Source: Octopus bimaculoides
Lineage: Eukaryota
DNA: 45,556 bases
Direction: 5' to 3'
Assembly (NCBI RefSeq): GCF_001194135.2
Contig: NC_068992.1
Location: 15,764,143-15,809,698, forward strand
The notes below the pieces were generated by a model. That model ran no database searches, had not been told where the DNA came from, and worked only from the letters and a program-made list of their open reading frames with translations. Below are positions 11,639 to 24,742 of this stretch, in pieces; the stretch's first letter is position 1; each line of letters begins with the position of its first letter. The translations under genes were made by a program, and so were the position numbers.

Positions 11639-13737
11639 ACCAGCCGTTTCCAGACTGGCTGTTATCTTGCATGACAAATTGAGTCCGTTGAGCTCCGTCA
11701 ACAATATACGAAAAGAAATTTCTGGTCAACCAGCTATGGAAAAACTACCATCCACTAATTATCAGTTGCTCCAGCATGTGCAATGTATGATATATAGCAG
11801 GAATCTACGTGACTAGTACACAAGTATAGCCAGTGGTTCCTTCTTCATAGAAGTTTGTTTGGTGCAAGGTATTATAATTGTGGGAACTACTTTGAGTGAT
11901 AATTACAGAACGTACAGTGCATCGACTGCATCGTACAGTAGATCGTTTAGTAGAGATGACCCGGAGGCTGTTCCTCTTCGATTACTATTGCAAACAGCAG
12001 TAGCTTTCTTCAACCGGATACACGTCGTTGATTGGTTCAAATTATCCAAACACGACAACTTTAACACGAAATAACTTCTAAAATACGAAATAACTTCTAA
12101 AATACGAAATTTTGTCAAAAACGTTCAGAGTAAACCGTGTTCTACGTGAGAAATTCTACTAGTATTCGAAGTTTCAAACTGTTTAGTTAAAAATAAAATT
12201 AATTAAAAAATCTGTGATTGAGATGGAATAGATCCCCGTTCGATATTGTAACAGTCCAGCTAATCCATCTCGGGAGTCTAGTAGTTAATTCATTGACACT
12301 AAAAGGATAAAAGGTAAAATCAAGTTTAGCAGGGTTTGATCTCATAAAGTTGGAATAAATACAGTTTACGCTCTGCCACTTCGCTGCCACAATTAGATAA
12401 CTGGTATCAACAACAACAAATTCAACGTTTGCAAGTTGACCCTCAACATTCTCTAAAGAACCTTAAGATTCATAATGAATAATCTCTTCTAGTCGACTAT
12501 TTCCAACCCAATTTTGAAGGGTTTTTGTTTCAAAGGCGACCGGTTGGAATACATAATGACACAATAGATTATAGTATTTTACGATTTTATTTCGTCAGCA
12601 TGCAAAGCCGCGGAAAATCGATTCCATTGTGCATTTACCCATGTGAGACTGAGCAAAAGTGTCTACGACTGTGGTGTTCTAGATCAGACAACTTTTTTTT
12701 TGTTTCCAAGAGAAAGATTTCATACTATTTGATCTGTACCCGTTACAGCCATCGAAGAGGCACACTGGCTCAGAAATGATGGTAACTCAAAAGGTTTTTT
12801 TATGTCCTGTTGACCTCTTGGTGCCTCATTATTGGCCTCTTGGCGTCTTGTTGACCTCCGCGTGGCTTGTTGACATCTTAGTCTGACCATCATTGAATCT
12901 ACAACACAAGCAGAGATACCGACGGTTAGTCTTTGAGTGTGCCATGTTTGCAGCATACCGATTATCCCCATATCTAGATGCCTAAGCTAAATGCGATATA
13001 TATGTGAAATTCTTTAGGGTTAAGGTGATTTCTAATAACTAATAATAATAAAAGAAAACCGTTGACCCATCTTGGAGAGTGTTCGATTCTTATTGTATTG
13101 ATCGGTATCCATGACAAGCAAATCAATGGCTTCTCTACGAGCAATATCACTCAATTGCTGTCTCTTCTACGCCGAGGAACAGACCGGAACGACCAGAATG
13201 AGCTAATTGAAACTTTCATTTAACATTTATTAAATCTCTGTATATTAGTCTACAGTGATACCATAATTGACCATTTGGAACCGCTATGCTTCGTTATGAT
13301 CAGTTCCTCTTATAATAACAACAGAAGCGGTAGTGGGAGCAGCAGTAGTAGCAGTGTTACTGGATAATGATTTCTACCTCCACACTAAAGAACGTATAAT
13401 TTTATCAATGCAACTAATCAAACGGATAACTCGGAAATATTGGAATTAGTTTTTAGCCTCGAAGTATATAAAGTTAACGTTTATATTAAACACAGAAATT
13501 TTGTCATCAGCGATGCTGGTGGTGGGGCTATTGTTGTTGGTGATGAAGGCGGTGTGTGTGTGTGTGTGTGTGTATGGGGGGGGGTGTTATTGTTGCTGTC
13601 GTAGTTGTTATTGTTGTTGATGTTGGTTGTGGGGGTGTTTGGTTGGAAGGTTGGAGGTCTAGGTTATGGGAATCTAATAAGCTTCGAATTAAAACGAACG
13701 TCAGACAGACTGCTAAGAATAGATAATAATAATAATC

Positions 13738-13796
<59 letters not shown>

Positions 13797-14452
13797 ACAA
13801 GCAAACGAATATCACAATTTAAAGAAACAAATGAGTTCGATGATTGCTGTGCCCTGTTGCTGGCTAAAAGCAAGACAGAAACGTAAATAGAAATTAAAGA
13901 AAATAAAGAACAAAAAAAAAAAAAAGAAGAAGAAGAAAGATGATTATTCTCCAACAGAAAACGCTATGGTAATTAAAGAATATTAATTGGGCAATTTAGC
14001 TGTTCATTCAAATAGTCGTGTGTTAATTTTTTTCTAATTTTATAAGAAAATTATAAAATAGAAAATTTTTCAATCTAGTTGTTTTCCTTTTTGCGGTATT
14101 TTCGCAGTTTTACTGAGTATTTAAAATTAGATTTTTAACTTTCAGTGAGTTGATATCGCGATCCAGTTTCGCAAGACAACGGAGTTATTGGGTTACGTAT
14201 TATTAATCATTCGTTTCACTACTGTTTTATTTTCTTCTGGTGTGTTTCAATGCTGTTGTTGACGTCAAGCAACCTCATCTCCATTATCCTCTTATAAGTT
14301 GATAGTTTTCTGTCTGAGAAGGCTCGACTTTCATACAAGAGCAATGGGCAGGAAGGGTCATCGAAATGTCACAATTCTTAAAGTGCCAATAAATACTTAT
14401 TGTAAATGAATTACATGTCAAAACTTCCAATAATATCTAAACTCCGAATCAC

Positions 14453-14578
14453 TAATTAAACCAGAAGTTCCGTAATTAGTCGACCGATGTACTAATTAGA
14501 TCACCAATTTTCTAATTGGACCTGAGGTTTTGTAATTTGATTAACAATTCCCTAATGAGACCATCAATTTCGTAATTA
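14453..14578. repeat. Degenerate 20-bp tandem array with invariant TAAT core (7 units)
   Basis: TAAT starts at 14453, 14473, 14493, 14513, 14533, 14553 and 14573. Confidence 0.8.
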
Positions 14579-14721
14579 ATTAACTTCTATAATATTCAAC
14601 GTAAATAATATTTGACCAACATTTTGAGAGAAAAGCAAAACAGGTTTACTTCCCTTTGAAACAATATTTTGTTCACTTTCAAGCATCAAAGATCACTTCT
14701 TTCAAACATCTTTTTCGCAGA

Positions 14722-14776
14722 TTACTGTTGTTGTTGTTGTTGTTGTTTATCATCATCATAATCATCATCATCATCA

Positions 14777-14835
<59 letters not shown>

Positions 14836-14836
14836 T
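14722..14836. repeat. (GTT)n-(CAT)n-(TAT)n compound microsatellite
   Basis: Direct reading. Confidence 0.95.
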
Positions 14837-14847
14837 AGCAGTAGTTC

Positions 14848-15060
14848 AAGGCAGCGAGCTGGCAGGATCGTTAGCACGCCGGACGAAATGCTTAGCGGTC
14901 TTCATGTTCTGAGTTCAAATGCCGCCGGGGTCGACATTGCCTTTCATCCTTTCGGGGTAAGGTAAAATAAGTACCAGTTGAGCACTGGGGTCGATGTAAA
15001 CGACTTACTCCCTCCCCCGCCAAAATTTCAGGCCTTGTGCCTGTAGTAGAAGGGATTATT
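14848..15060 (+). mobile_element. SINE family B monomer (tail 2)
   Basis: GGCAGCGAGCTGGCAGGATCGTTAGCACGCC...AAAATTTCAGGCCTTGTGCC. Confidence 0.88.
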
Positions 15061-15719
15061 TAGCAGTTGATCACCTCTGACAGAACAGTCCAATGAGTAA
15101 AGACATTATAGCTATGACTAAACCATTTTTTTCTATATGCTTGGGGTGCAGGCTCACATTACCGAATACGTCCCTTTCGAAGACGATTGGAGTGGCATCT
15201 GAGTGAGATTTGGCTGTTATTTCTAGAAGGCTGAATGACCACTTAGAAGCCCTCTCGTTGATTCATCAACAGGTGAGTGTTTTTATGATGAGTTTTATCG
15301 CTTTTCGGTCTTTGAAATTCTACTGAATAGCTCATCTGCTTGTAAGTGCACCAAAGTCAAGTCATTTTGGCTGGTACCATTACCTGAACTTTACTTGATG
15401 CAGGAATTGAACCCAACACCGCAGGTCAGCTCTAGACTCATCATATTGATGTTTTATCCATGTAGCTATTTAGCTCCAGGTCAACCCTGATCTAGCGTAA
15501 TTATGGCCAACAGTTTTCCAGCTGCGACCACCCCGTCTTTATTCAGACGATATTATTCAATGTTCTTTTTTTAAAAGGAAAAGTAGAGTGTCATTGGAGG
15601 GAGCTTCGATTGTTATATCTAGCAGGTGGGTCGAGCGTCAGGAACGATTGCCCTGGACTCAATTTCTGTGGCACAAGATTGAAAAAGAAGAATAAATAAA
15701 TAACGAAGCGCATTCCCAA

Positions 15720-17000
15720 TGCGCAACTTACTTTACTCCAGGCACTATTGAACCACCCAACGTTACTGGGTAGAACAACGAAATAGTGGCTTCGTTATAA
15801 GATCGTACATTTTGTCTATCTAGAGTTAGATGAATTGGGCTATATGAGAGGGTTAAGTGTCTCGACCAAGGAGAATATTTTAGAATTCCGAATAATTGTT
15901 AAATTACCACAAAAGGATATTTTTCGTGTAGTCCGTCAGGAGCAGGTTGAGATTATCTCTCTGTTGGTTATTGCTTGCAACCAGAAGTTACAGGTACGAG
16001 GAGTAAAAGGAAGTAAAAATGACTCAGCTGAGAATCAAACTTGTGCTGCTGACATACTGAATATTATAGATTCAATCTCGAAAATTGTAAACATGTTATT
16101 TCCTTGAACTATGCAGGATATTCTGTAAGACTGAAACATACTCACCCCCTCCACCATTTTGTTCTAAAGACCAAATTCACTACTATTTATTTTGTTCATG
16201 TTATCGAAAACTTTTCAATTATCTGATCTTAAGGAAGTTAACTACCTTGCTTCCAAGTTTTAAATTTTAACCACTCCTAAAGGGAATTTATATCTCTTAA
16301 TTCGATGTTTACATTTACTCAACTAAAACATTTCAACCAACTATATTAAATATGTAAGACTCTATCAAAAACTTCAAAATATGTGAGACGCTATTCTTGT
16401 TTGGCTAAATCCCACAATTCCACGAAGTATCTTATTACTATTTTTATTTAATGACTCATCCCGGAGAGGAAAGATTTCTTTCTTTCCTTGTCTGTTCCCG
16501 ACTCTGAAGTGTAGCATTCCCTTGATTCAACTCTATCGTAATCCATCATCAACACGAACATCGATGCCTTTCTAAGAAGCACTCAAGATGTGGCTCAAAT
16601 ACAACATAGAGAATTCTTTTATTTTACTAAAAATTCATCTCTGCTTAAACTGATAAATATCTTAAGATCTAAATCTACGTTCCTTCAAGGCGAAGCGATT
16701 GCAAATTCCGACTTTAAAATCATCGACCAAGTTTAGACCGTTTTCTTTGTTCATGAAGATGTTTTAGGATCAAACTGTGTCTTGGCTTGAACTACTTTAC
16801 TAATTCTTGTGTGTAGTTTGCTTTAGATGTTCCTCAACTACAGTTTTCAGAAGCTCAGTATTGACAGAACATTGTCATCCAGATTGAGGGAAATCTGCGA
16901 GAGAAGATTTTTTCCCGAGCGAGTATTTCTTGCTGGTTCCTTTGATGAAGAGCTTTCTTTTGGAATTCATACAGTTGCAGTGTCTGATGTGAGTCTAATC
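15720..17000 (-). mobile_element. Possible highly decayed RTE/CR1-like LINE ORF2 (endonuclease end to RT start)
   Basis: Weak but ordered minus-strand motifs: SG*QCSVNTELLK (cf. GADCGSDHELL), FKVGICNRFAL (cf. F.LEL.NRF.AL), GKKKSFLS (cf. KKKKPWIS), SQPAPDGL (cf. KAPGPDGI), RQNVRSYNEATISL (cf. C.NYRTISL). Many stops; matched by eye only. Confidence 0.4.
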
Positions 17001-17578
17001 TAAACTCATTTTAAGGAGAAAAATCGATACGAATTTAACCACTATAGTATAAAGTAATCTGTAATGAACGAAAAAAAGAAACATGACTATGTAAAAATGG
17101 AAGAAAAGAGACTTAATGCTTATTTTACCGTAAGTATTGGAAAAGTATCCATATACATGTATATGTGTGAGTGTTTATATATATATATATANNNNNNNNN
17201 NNNNNNNNNNNNNNNNNNNNNNNNNNNNNNNNNNNNNNNNNNNNNNNNNNNNNNNNNNNNNNNNNNNNNNNNNNNNNNNNNNNNNNNNNNNNNNNNNNNN
17301 NNNNNNNNNNNNNNNNNNNNNNNNNNNNNNNNNNNNNNNNNNNNNNNNNNNNNNNNNNNNNNNNNNNNNNNNNNNNNNNNNNNNNNNNNNNNNNNNNNNN
17401 NNNNNNNNNNNNNNNNNNNNNNNNNNNNNNNNNNNNNNNNNNNNNNNNNNNNNNNNNNNNNNNNNNNNNNNNNNNNNNNNNNNNNNNNNNNNNNNNNNNN
17501 NNNNNNNNNNNNNNNNNNNNNNNNNNNNNNNNNNNNNNNNNNNNNNNNNNNNNNNNNNNNNNNNNNNNNNNNNNNNNN

Positions 17579-17638
<60 letters not shown>

Positions 17639-18128
17639 CAATATGTGTACATGTCAATATATATTGACATATATATGGATGCATGCATAAAGACAAATAT
17701 CATACGCACGCAAGCACATAAAGAAACACACTCAACAGTGCGTGCGCAAACACAGAAGCATATTCAAACACATACTTATATCCGCATGCAGATGTTTCGC
17801 GGTGCATATAACGGTATAAGTGTGAGAGAACGTGCGCACATTTTTCAAGTAACAACCGGAAGACATAAATTTGATATACAATAAAATTGAATTGATATTT
17901 TCCGAAATATTTATTGAAAGAAGAAAAGAAAAAAAATAAGCAAGAAAATAAGATATCTAATGAAAATATAAATATCTCAAATTACTTCAAGATATCAACT
18001 TTGTATTAATTCAACTAGAATGGCATGAAAAAATTTATCTTAAAAACAAAATTGCAACATTAAACTGTAGGTGAAAATGAACAAGTTCCCACGGACTCAT
18101 CGATAAAACAATTTTTTTCTCCTTGTTT

Positions 18129-18129
<1 letters not shown>

Positions 18130-18177
<48 letters not shown>

Positions 18178-18745
18178 TACAGACGCGTGTGTATTTATAT
18201 ACGCACCAATTATTCAACTTTATATTACATGTATACATATATATACACACGTATATATTCATATATTTATGCATATGTACATGAAGATATTTACATATCG
18301 CACGCACACACACACGCACACACACACGCACGCACACACGCACACACACACGCACACACACACGCACACACACACGCACACACATACGCACACACACACG
18401 CACACACACGCACACACACACGCACACACATACGCACACACACGCACACACACACACGCACACAAATATATATATACACGCATACATATATACACATATG
18501 TGTGTTTGTATATGCACCAATTATACATCTTATGTATCTTAGTGCATGTATATATATATGAAGATATTCATATATCATACATATGTGTACATATATATCA
18601 TACATATATATATAGGTATATTTATTTATTCATATATATATGTATGTTGTATAAATATATATATATCATACAAACACATAGGTATATTTATTTATTTATA
18701 TATATATGCATATTGTATAAATATATATATATGTATATATTTATA

Positions 18746-18803
<58 letters not shown>

Positions 18804-18840
18804 CGCACACGCACGCACACACACACACACACACACATAT
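18130..18840. repeat. Complex (AC)n / (GCACACACAC)n / (AT)n microsatellite cluster
   Basis: Direct reading; explains the HTHT/VCVC ORFs. Confidence 0.95.
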
Positions 18841-19034
18841 GTATGACACTACATTAAACATAATCTAGTTAACTAAGTTTCTAGTTCATAAATTTCATTA
18901 TTTTTTTGTTGTATGAAGGCTTGGCTCTTATAATAAAACCCTTTTAGATTTTAAATGAAATTTATCATCATCATCATCATTATCATCATCACCATCATTA
19001 ATCATAGTTATATTTATTGTATTGGCAAAATTGA

Positions 19035-19450
19035 TAGTTCCGACGGAAAAAAATGCGTTGTAATACGTGTTGTGGCTCTTTAACTGTTGTGTTCAAATCC
19101 TGCTCAGGAGGTCGAGTTTGCCCTTTTTTTCCTTCTAAGGTCGATAAAATAAGTATCAGTCAAGTACTAGCATCAATATATTGATTGACCCCACCCTCCA
19201 TCAAAATTGCTGGGGTCGTGCTTAAGTTCGTAAATGTATCATTATAATTGGCTTGAAATTTTGGTACAAAGGCCAGCACATTTAAGGAAGGGTTAAGTCG
19301 ATTACATCGACCCCCTGTGCTCGACAGGTAGTTACGTCATCGATCCTGTAAGGATGAAAGGTAAATTCGGTGGAATTTGAACTCAGAACGTAGCGGCCGA
19401 CGAAATGCCGCTAAGCATTTTGCGCGGCGTGCTAATGATTCTGCCATCTG
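19035..19450. mobile_element. Two family B SINEs, tail-to-tail (+ at about 19035-19240, - at about 19245-19450)
   Basis: GTTCAAATCC...GAGGTCGAGTTTGCC on the + strand; GGAATTTGAACTCAGAACGTAGCG...GGCGTGCTAATGATTCTGCC is the reverse-complement head. Confidence 0.75.
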
Positions 19451-19528
19451 AAGGTTTTTTTTTTTCTTCGATTTCCTTATTAGACTGGACTGGGAGTCTG
19501 AGATGATTATGATCCAGTTGTTGATATA

Positions 19529-19828
19529 CAGGGTTGGCCAAGAGTCACCTGACAGTAAATCAAAACCCATTTAATTCCAAGACCATTTTATGTGATTTCG
19601 CTAATAAATAGACAAATGTTGACAAAAAAAAAAAAAAATCAGATTTTAACTCACAGCATTCAATTATTAAACATTCATAATTGTTGTTGGAGGTCAATCA
19701 AGTGATAAATTTCATAGTGATGGACAATAGGCTGTCGTCTATGCTTTTTTTAATGCCATGCGATCTACCTCCACTGCCTTTGCGATCTACCTCCACTGCC
19801 TTTGCGATCGACGTATTGGACACCACTG
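19529..19828. mobile_element. DNA-transposon end fragments: Tc1/mariner-like left end and hAT-like right end
   Basis: TA followed by CAGGGTTGGCCAAGAGTCACC at 19529; minus-strand CAGTGGTGTCCAATACGTCGATCGC from 19828 with a 22-bp tandem duplication (GCGATCTACCTCCACTGCCTTT x2). No partner TIRs were found. Confidence 0.4.
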
Positions 19829-20278
19829 CTGTAACATATTATGTATAGAGTAGTATGCAGCACATAATATGTAGTGAAGTATATAATACACTATGTTTCA
19901 TATAGTGCATAGCATTTTATGTTTTTGAGTAGTGAATAGTATTTACTACTGAATATAGTGTATACTACATTATAGTTAGTGTAGTGCATAGTATATCATA
20001 TTACTGGGCAGTGTCTAGTATATTCTGTTTAGAGTAGCCTAAACTAGTTATGCTGTTTGCAGTGCATAGTACATTAAGTGTAACCTCTAAAAACATTGTC
20101 CACTCTTTAGAAGAAAACTTCATTCTCCTTCACTTGTGTTATTCTCCTCTCGAATGTATTTACTCTCAAGACGCTAGCTTCAACTACTAACGTACGAATT
20201 CTTTTCCTTTGCTTAATTCGTGTTCGTTTTTTAAGCTTCGTTTTGCACAGCGATGCACTGATCCCCCCCCTTACCGAT

Positions 20279-20328
<50 letters not shown>

Positions 20329-21687
20329 ACACACACACACACACACAGAACCACCACCGACCATATCTTCTATATATATATAACATTGGGAATGTATGTC
20401 TATGTGTCTGTGTGTGTGCGTGTCTGTGTGAATCCCTAAAACTCCAGAACTACACAACCAAATTCCTTCAAATTTTTCACATGCCTTACTTAGGGTCCCG
20501 GTTGTGTTTTACTAAAAAAAGATTTTAACTTCTTGCATAGTTCCAGCCCACAGCAACATCATATCTCCTCCACTGTTTAAGTATTACGTGTCAAAAGTGA
20601 AACAAAAACACTCATGTCATTCGAACCGGAATCTCAAAAACATATATATATAATTCTGGATCTTATATGTTAATGCCAAAACTTTTTCTTTTTCAGTAAA
20701 TGTATTTTGTCGTATTTTTTGTTACCAGACTGATTGCGTTCGTATGATATTAGAACATACTTTAAAAAAAAAACAAACAAAAACAATTTTGCTTCCATCT
20801 CTTACTGCTGTTACACAGACCTTATGTTTTATATTAGTTATAAGTCGTTCTTTTGTCTTACTATTACACCATTAACTTATATTAATGGACTATTCTGTAT
20901 GCCAAATTGTTTTTATCAATGCAGTATTTTTTAATGCTTTATTTTTTTAATTGGTGATGGCGTATCTGAAATTTGTAAGAATATTAATTCTCTTTTTCTT
21001 ACCACGATTCCTAGTTCTTTAAAACCATTATCGCTGCGAATCATTGAATGCTTTTCGTATTATTTCTTAGTTCTCGACTCTCTACTAGAATACCTTTTAC
21101 ACACTCTCTTGATGTTTTTACATGAGCTTGCTATTACTGCTTAATTTTAGATCAACTGCGATAATTCAGGTCTATCATTAAAGACGTTCCAATTGTGACC
21201 ATCTCGTCTTTTTTTATAAGTAAATGACATAAGACCAGGATATGAAAATATCCATTTTAAAACAGTGTAATTTCATAAAAGATAGATCTAACAGTTAGAT
21301 TTATCAGGTCACGAGACTGCGTAGAGGCTCTCTCATTGGTTCACCTGTAATGCACTTTGGAGAAGTTTTTCTTATCAATCCTATGGTTATCTGATATTTC
21401 TGTTTGTGTCTTTCCCTATATAAAGTCACTCACAGATACGCTTCAGCTTCTGGCTCACAGTTGTGCTGTCTCCTCCTGTCTTTCCCGCTATGACATGGTC
21501 CTCCCTCCTCAGAAAATAGCCTGGCTCACACCATCTTTCCTCAGGCATTCCTGTATCACTCATATACCCTTCCATCATCCTTTTATCAACTTCCTCCAGG
21601 TCCCGCACTAATCTCTACACCCAGTCCTTCCACAAAATTTCATGTCTGTTCATGGTCCTAAAGTAGGTTCATACTTAACCTACTAAG

Positions 21688-21895
21688 TATGGCTCATTCG
21701 TTAGAGCGTCAGGCTCACAATCATGAGGTATTGAGTTCGATTCCCGGACCGGGCTCTGTGTTGTGTTCTTGAGCAAGACACTTTATTTCACGTTTCTCCA
21801 GTTCATTCAGCTGTAGAAATGATTTGCGACGTCAATAGTGGCCAAGCTATATCGGCATTTGCCTTTCCCTAGAATAATATCGGTGGCTTTGTGCC
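21688..21895 (+). mobile_element. SINE family A (tail type 2), 3'-truncated
   Basis: Colinear with 11300-11480. Confidence 0.85.
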
Positions 21896-23582
21896 AAAAT
21901 TTGAAAGACTTAGAAAGAATTTTGTAAGTAAAGTTAGTAAATGGATTTCCGTTGGTTTCGACAACGAATCGTGCAGTTGTTTTAATCGAATTGCTTCCCC
22001 ATGAAATTCTAGTGCAAGTGTCTGAGTACTTCACGTACACTCGTACTTTTTACGTAGTTCCCGAGCAGGATCAGAATGATAAAATTTATGAAAACACTGG
22101 GTTTATGAATTACGGATACAATTCACTCCTAAAACTTGGGTCAATCTGAAATTTACTAAATGACACTTGTTCAAGGTACCACGGAGCAGGNNNNNNNNNN
22201 NNNNNNNNNNNNNNNNNNNNNNNNNNNNNNNNNNNNNNNNNNNNNNNNNNNNNNNNNNNNNNNNNNNNNNNNNNNNNNNNNNNNNNNNNNNNNNNNNNNN
22301 NNNNNNNNNNNNNNNNNNNNNNNNNNNNNNNNNNNNNNNNNNNNNNNNNNNNNNNNNNNNNNNNNNNNNNNNNNNNNNNNNNNNNNNNNNNNNNNNNNNN
22401 NNNNNNNNNNNNNNNNNNNNNNNNNNNNNNNNNNNNNNNNNNNNNNNNNNNNNNNNNNNNNNNNNNNNNNNNNNNNNNNNNNNNNNNNNNNNNNNNNNNN
22501 NNNNNNNNNNNNNNNNNNNNNNNNNNNNNNNNNNNNNNNNNNNNNNNNNNNNNNNNNNNNNNNNNNNNNNNNNNNNNNNNNNNNNNNNNNNNNNNNNNNN
22601 NNNNNNNNNNNNNNNNNNNNNNNNNNNNNNNNNNNNNNNNNNNNNNNNNNNNNNNNNNNNNNNNNNNNNNNNNNNNNNNNNNNNNNNNNNNNNNNNNNNN
22701 NNNNNNNNNNNNNNNNNNNNNNNNNNNNNNNNNNNNNNNNNNNNNNNNNNNNNNNNNNNNNNNNNNNNNNNNNNNNNNNNNNNNNNNNNNNNNNNNNNNN
22801 NNNNNNNNNNNNNNNNNNNNNNNNNNNNNNNNNNNNNNNNNNNNNNNNNNNNNNNNNNNNNNNNNNNNNNNNNNNNNNNNNNNNNNNNNNNNNNNNNNNN
22901 NNNNNNNNNNNNNNNNNNNNNNNNNNNNNNNNNNNNNNNNNNNNNNNNCAGCAAACTGACTTCTCTCGTGATAGCTCCGCGAAAGGTTAAATTTTATCAC
23001 GAAATATTTTATGAAAGGAAAAAAAAAAAAAAAATATTTGCTTCATTTTGTAAACAAGGTTCCTTCAGGAACTTATGGACGTTTTGCCCCATTGATTGGA
23101 GTAGAAGAAAAATCTGTCTTTTAGATATTTGCATTACTTGAAATAAAACTGTTATAGAATAATATCTTTGACGCACGCTGGGATTCCGTGGAACTATTAA
23201 TTATTGTTGTGGTTGTTGTCGTTGCTGTCATTGTGTAGCCTCATGTCAGGTCCGATCAAACAAACTTATGGAACATATGTGGACCACCGAAGGAATAGTC
23301 AACATGCTAACGTCTCAGATGTGTCATTTTAAAATATACAATCAAATATCATCATTGGCTGAGGACCAAACTTCACAATCTGACCTGCACTTACTCATTG
23401 CATTTATGTATACTTGTTACTGTTCTTGTTTAGTTCTAAACTTATCCTGATTGAGCGGAAGTATGATTAAAATCATTCCAACCATGGCCGTCCCGTCAAA
23501 TTTAAATGTATCTAGAATTACATTTTTATAAAACAATGTGATATAAGACAGATTTGGCTGTGATTATTTGCATGTCGAGTAA

Positions 23583-24010
23583 GGTGGTGAATTGCAGAGT
23601 CGTTAGCACGCCGGACAAAATGCTCATCGACATTTTGTCCGTCTTTACGTTCTGAATTCAAGTTCCGCCGTTGTCAACTTTGCCTTTCATCCTTTCGGGA
23701 TCGATGAAATATGTACCAGTTAAGCACTGGGGTCGATGTAATCGACTAGCCCCTCCCCACAAAATTTCAGACCTTCTGCCTATAGTAGAAAGGATTATTA
23801 GCATGAATTAGTATAAAGCGGCGAGATGGCATATTCGTGAAACGCCGAGGAAATTCCTCAATTCCGATTATTTACGTTCTGTGTTCAAATCCCACTGAGG
23901 CAAACTTTCCGAGGTTGATAAAATAAGTACCAGTCAAATACTGCACTCGATGTAATCGACTTGCCCCTTCCCTCAAAATTGCTGACCTCGTGCCAAAACT
24001 AGAAATCATT
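23583..24010 (+). mobile_element. Two adjacent family B SINEs (about 23583-23800 and 23815-24010)
   Basis: Each has a GTTAGCACGCC- or GCGGCGAGATGGC-type head and a tail-2 end (AAAATTTCAGACCTTCTGCC; AAAATTGCTGACCTCGTGCC). Confidence 0.82.
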
Positions 24011-24670
24011 ATTTGTATGTCGCGCCAATACGTAAACGCTGCATTAAGATTGCAGATTCTGGGTGATGGCCACGGCGGTAGCGATTGTGGTGGACTTGAG
24101 GCCAGAGTCTGACTTTTGCTATTAAATTACTTTCTTTACTTTACTTTAGTTCTTTCAAATCTCCTCTACCAATTTCAACTGTTTGACAGATATTGAGTTG
24201 GAAGTCACGTCACGCTATTTCTAATGTAAAATTATCATCGTAACTTGGTGACGTAATACTTAGTATACAATATGTGCTAGGATATTCTCTAAACTTAGTG
24301 AATACGAATAGTTATTTTAAGTGTGTACAGTGCTGTGCATTTGTTTATGCACCCACAAGTTTGTAATTCGTGAGATCAATGTAGACAGGGTGATGGCTGA
24401 GTTTACTGCACTTTTTCTCTTGAATACCAACGTTTGTAAGTCTGATAATACTTGATCGCTAAACATTTTTTTCTCTCTCAACACTAAATGCTTCAATAAA
24501 CGTATAATATAGTTAAAAAAAAATAGTACTTGCCTGAACAACTAATCCTACCAACAACACTGTTTAACAATGTCTAATTAGCCGCCATTTAATAATAATT
24601 TAGCACAATATAAGAGCATGAACACAACACAGTTGTAACACAGAAATCAATGTAAACAATAAAACGAAGG

Positions 24671-24671
<1 letters not shown>

Positions 24672-24738
<67 letters not shown>
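24672..24738. repeat. (AAT)n microsatellite
   Basis: Direct reading. Confidence 0.97.

Positions 24739-24742
<4 letters not shown>

Noticed and set aside
12066-12110. 20-bp tandem duplication (ACGAAATAACTTCTAAAAT-type unit)
   Set aside because: Ordinary slippage duplication.
12720-12971. 83-aa minus-strand ORF in unique-looking sequence
   Set aside because: No recognisable motif and no convincing splice pair.
21350-21660. Purine-skewed stretch possibly from a Tx1/L1 ORF2 linker
   Set aside because: Motifs are too weak to call.
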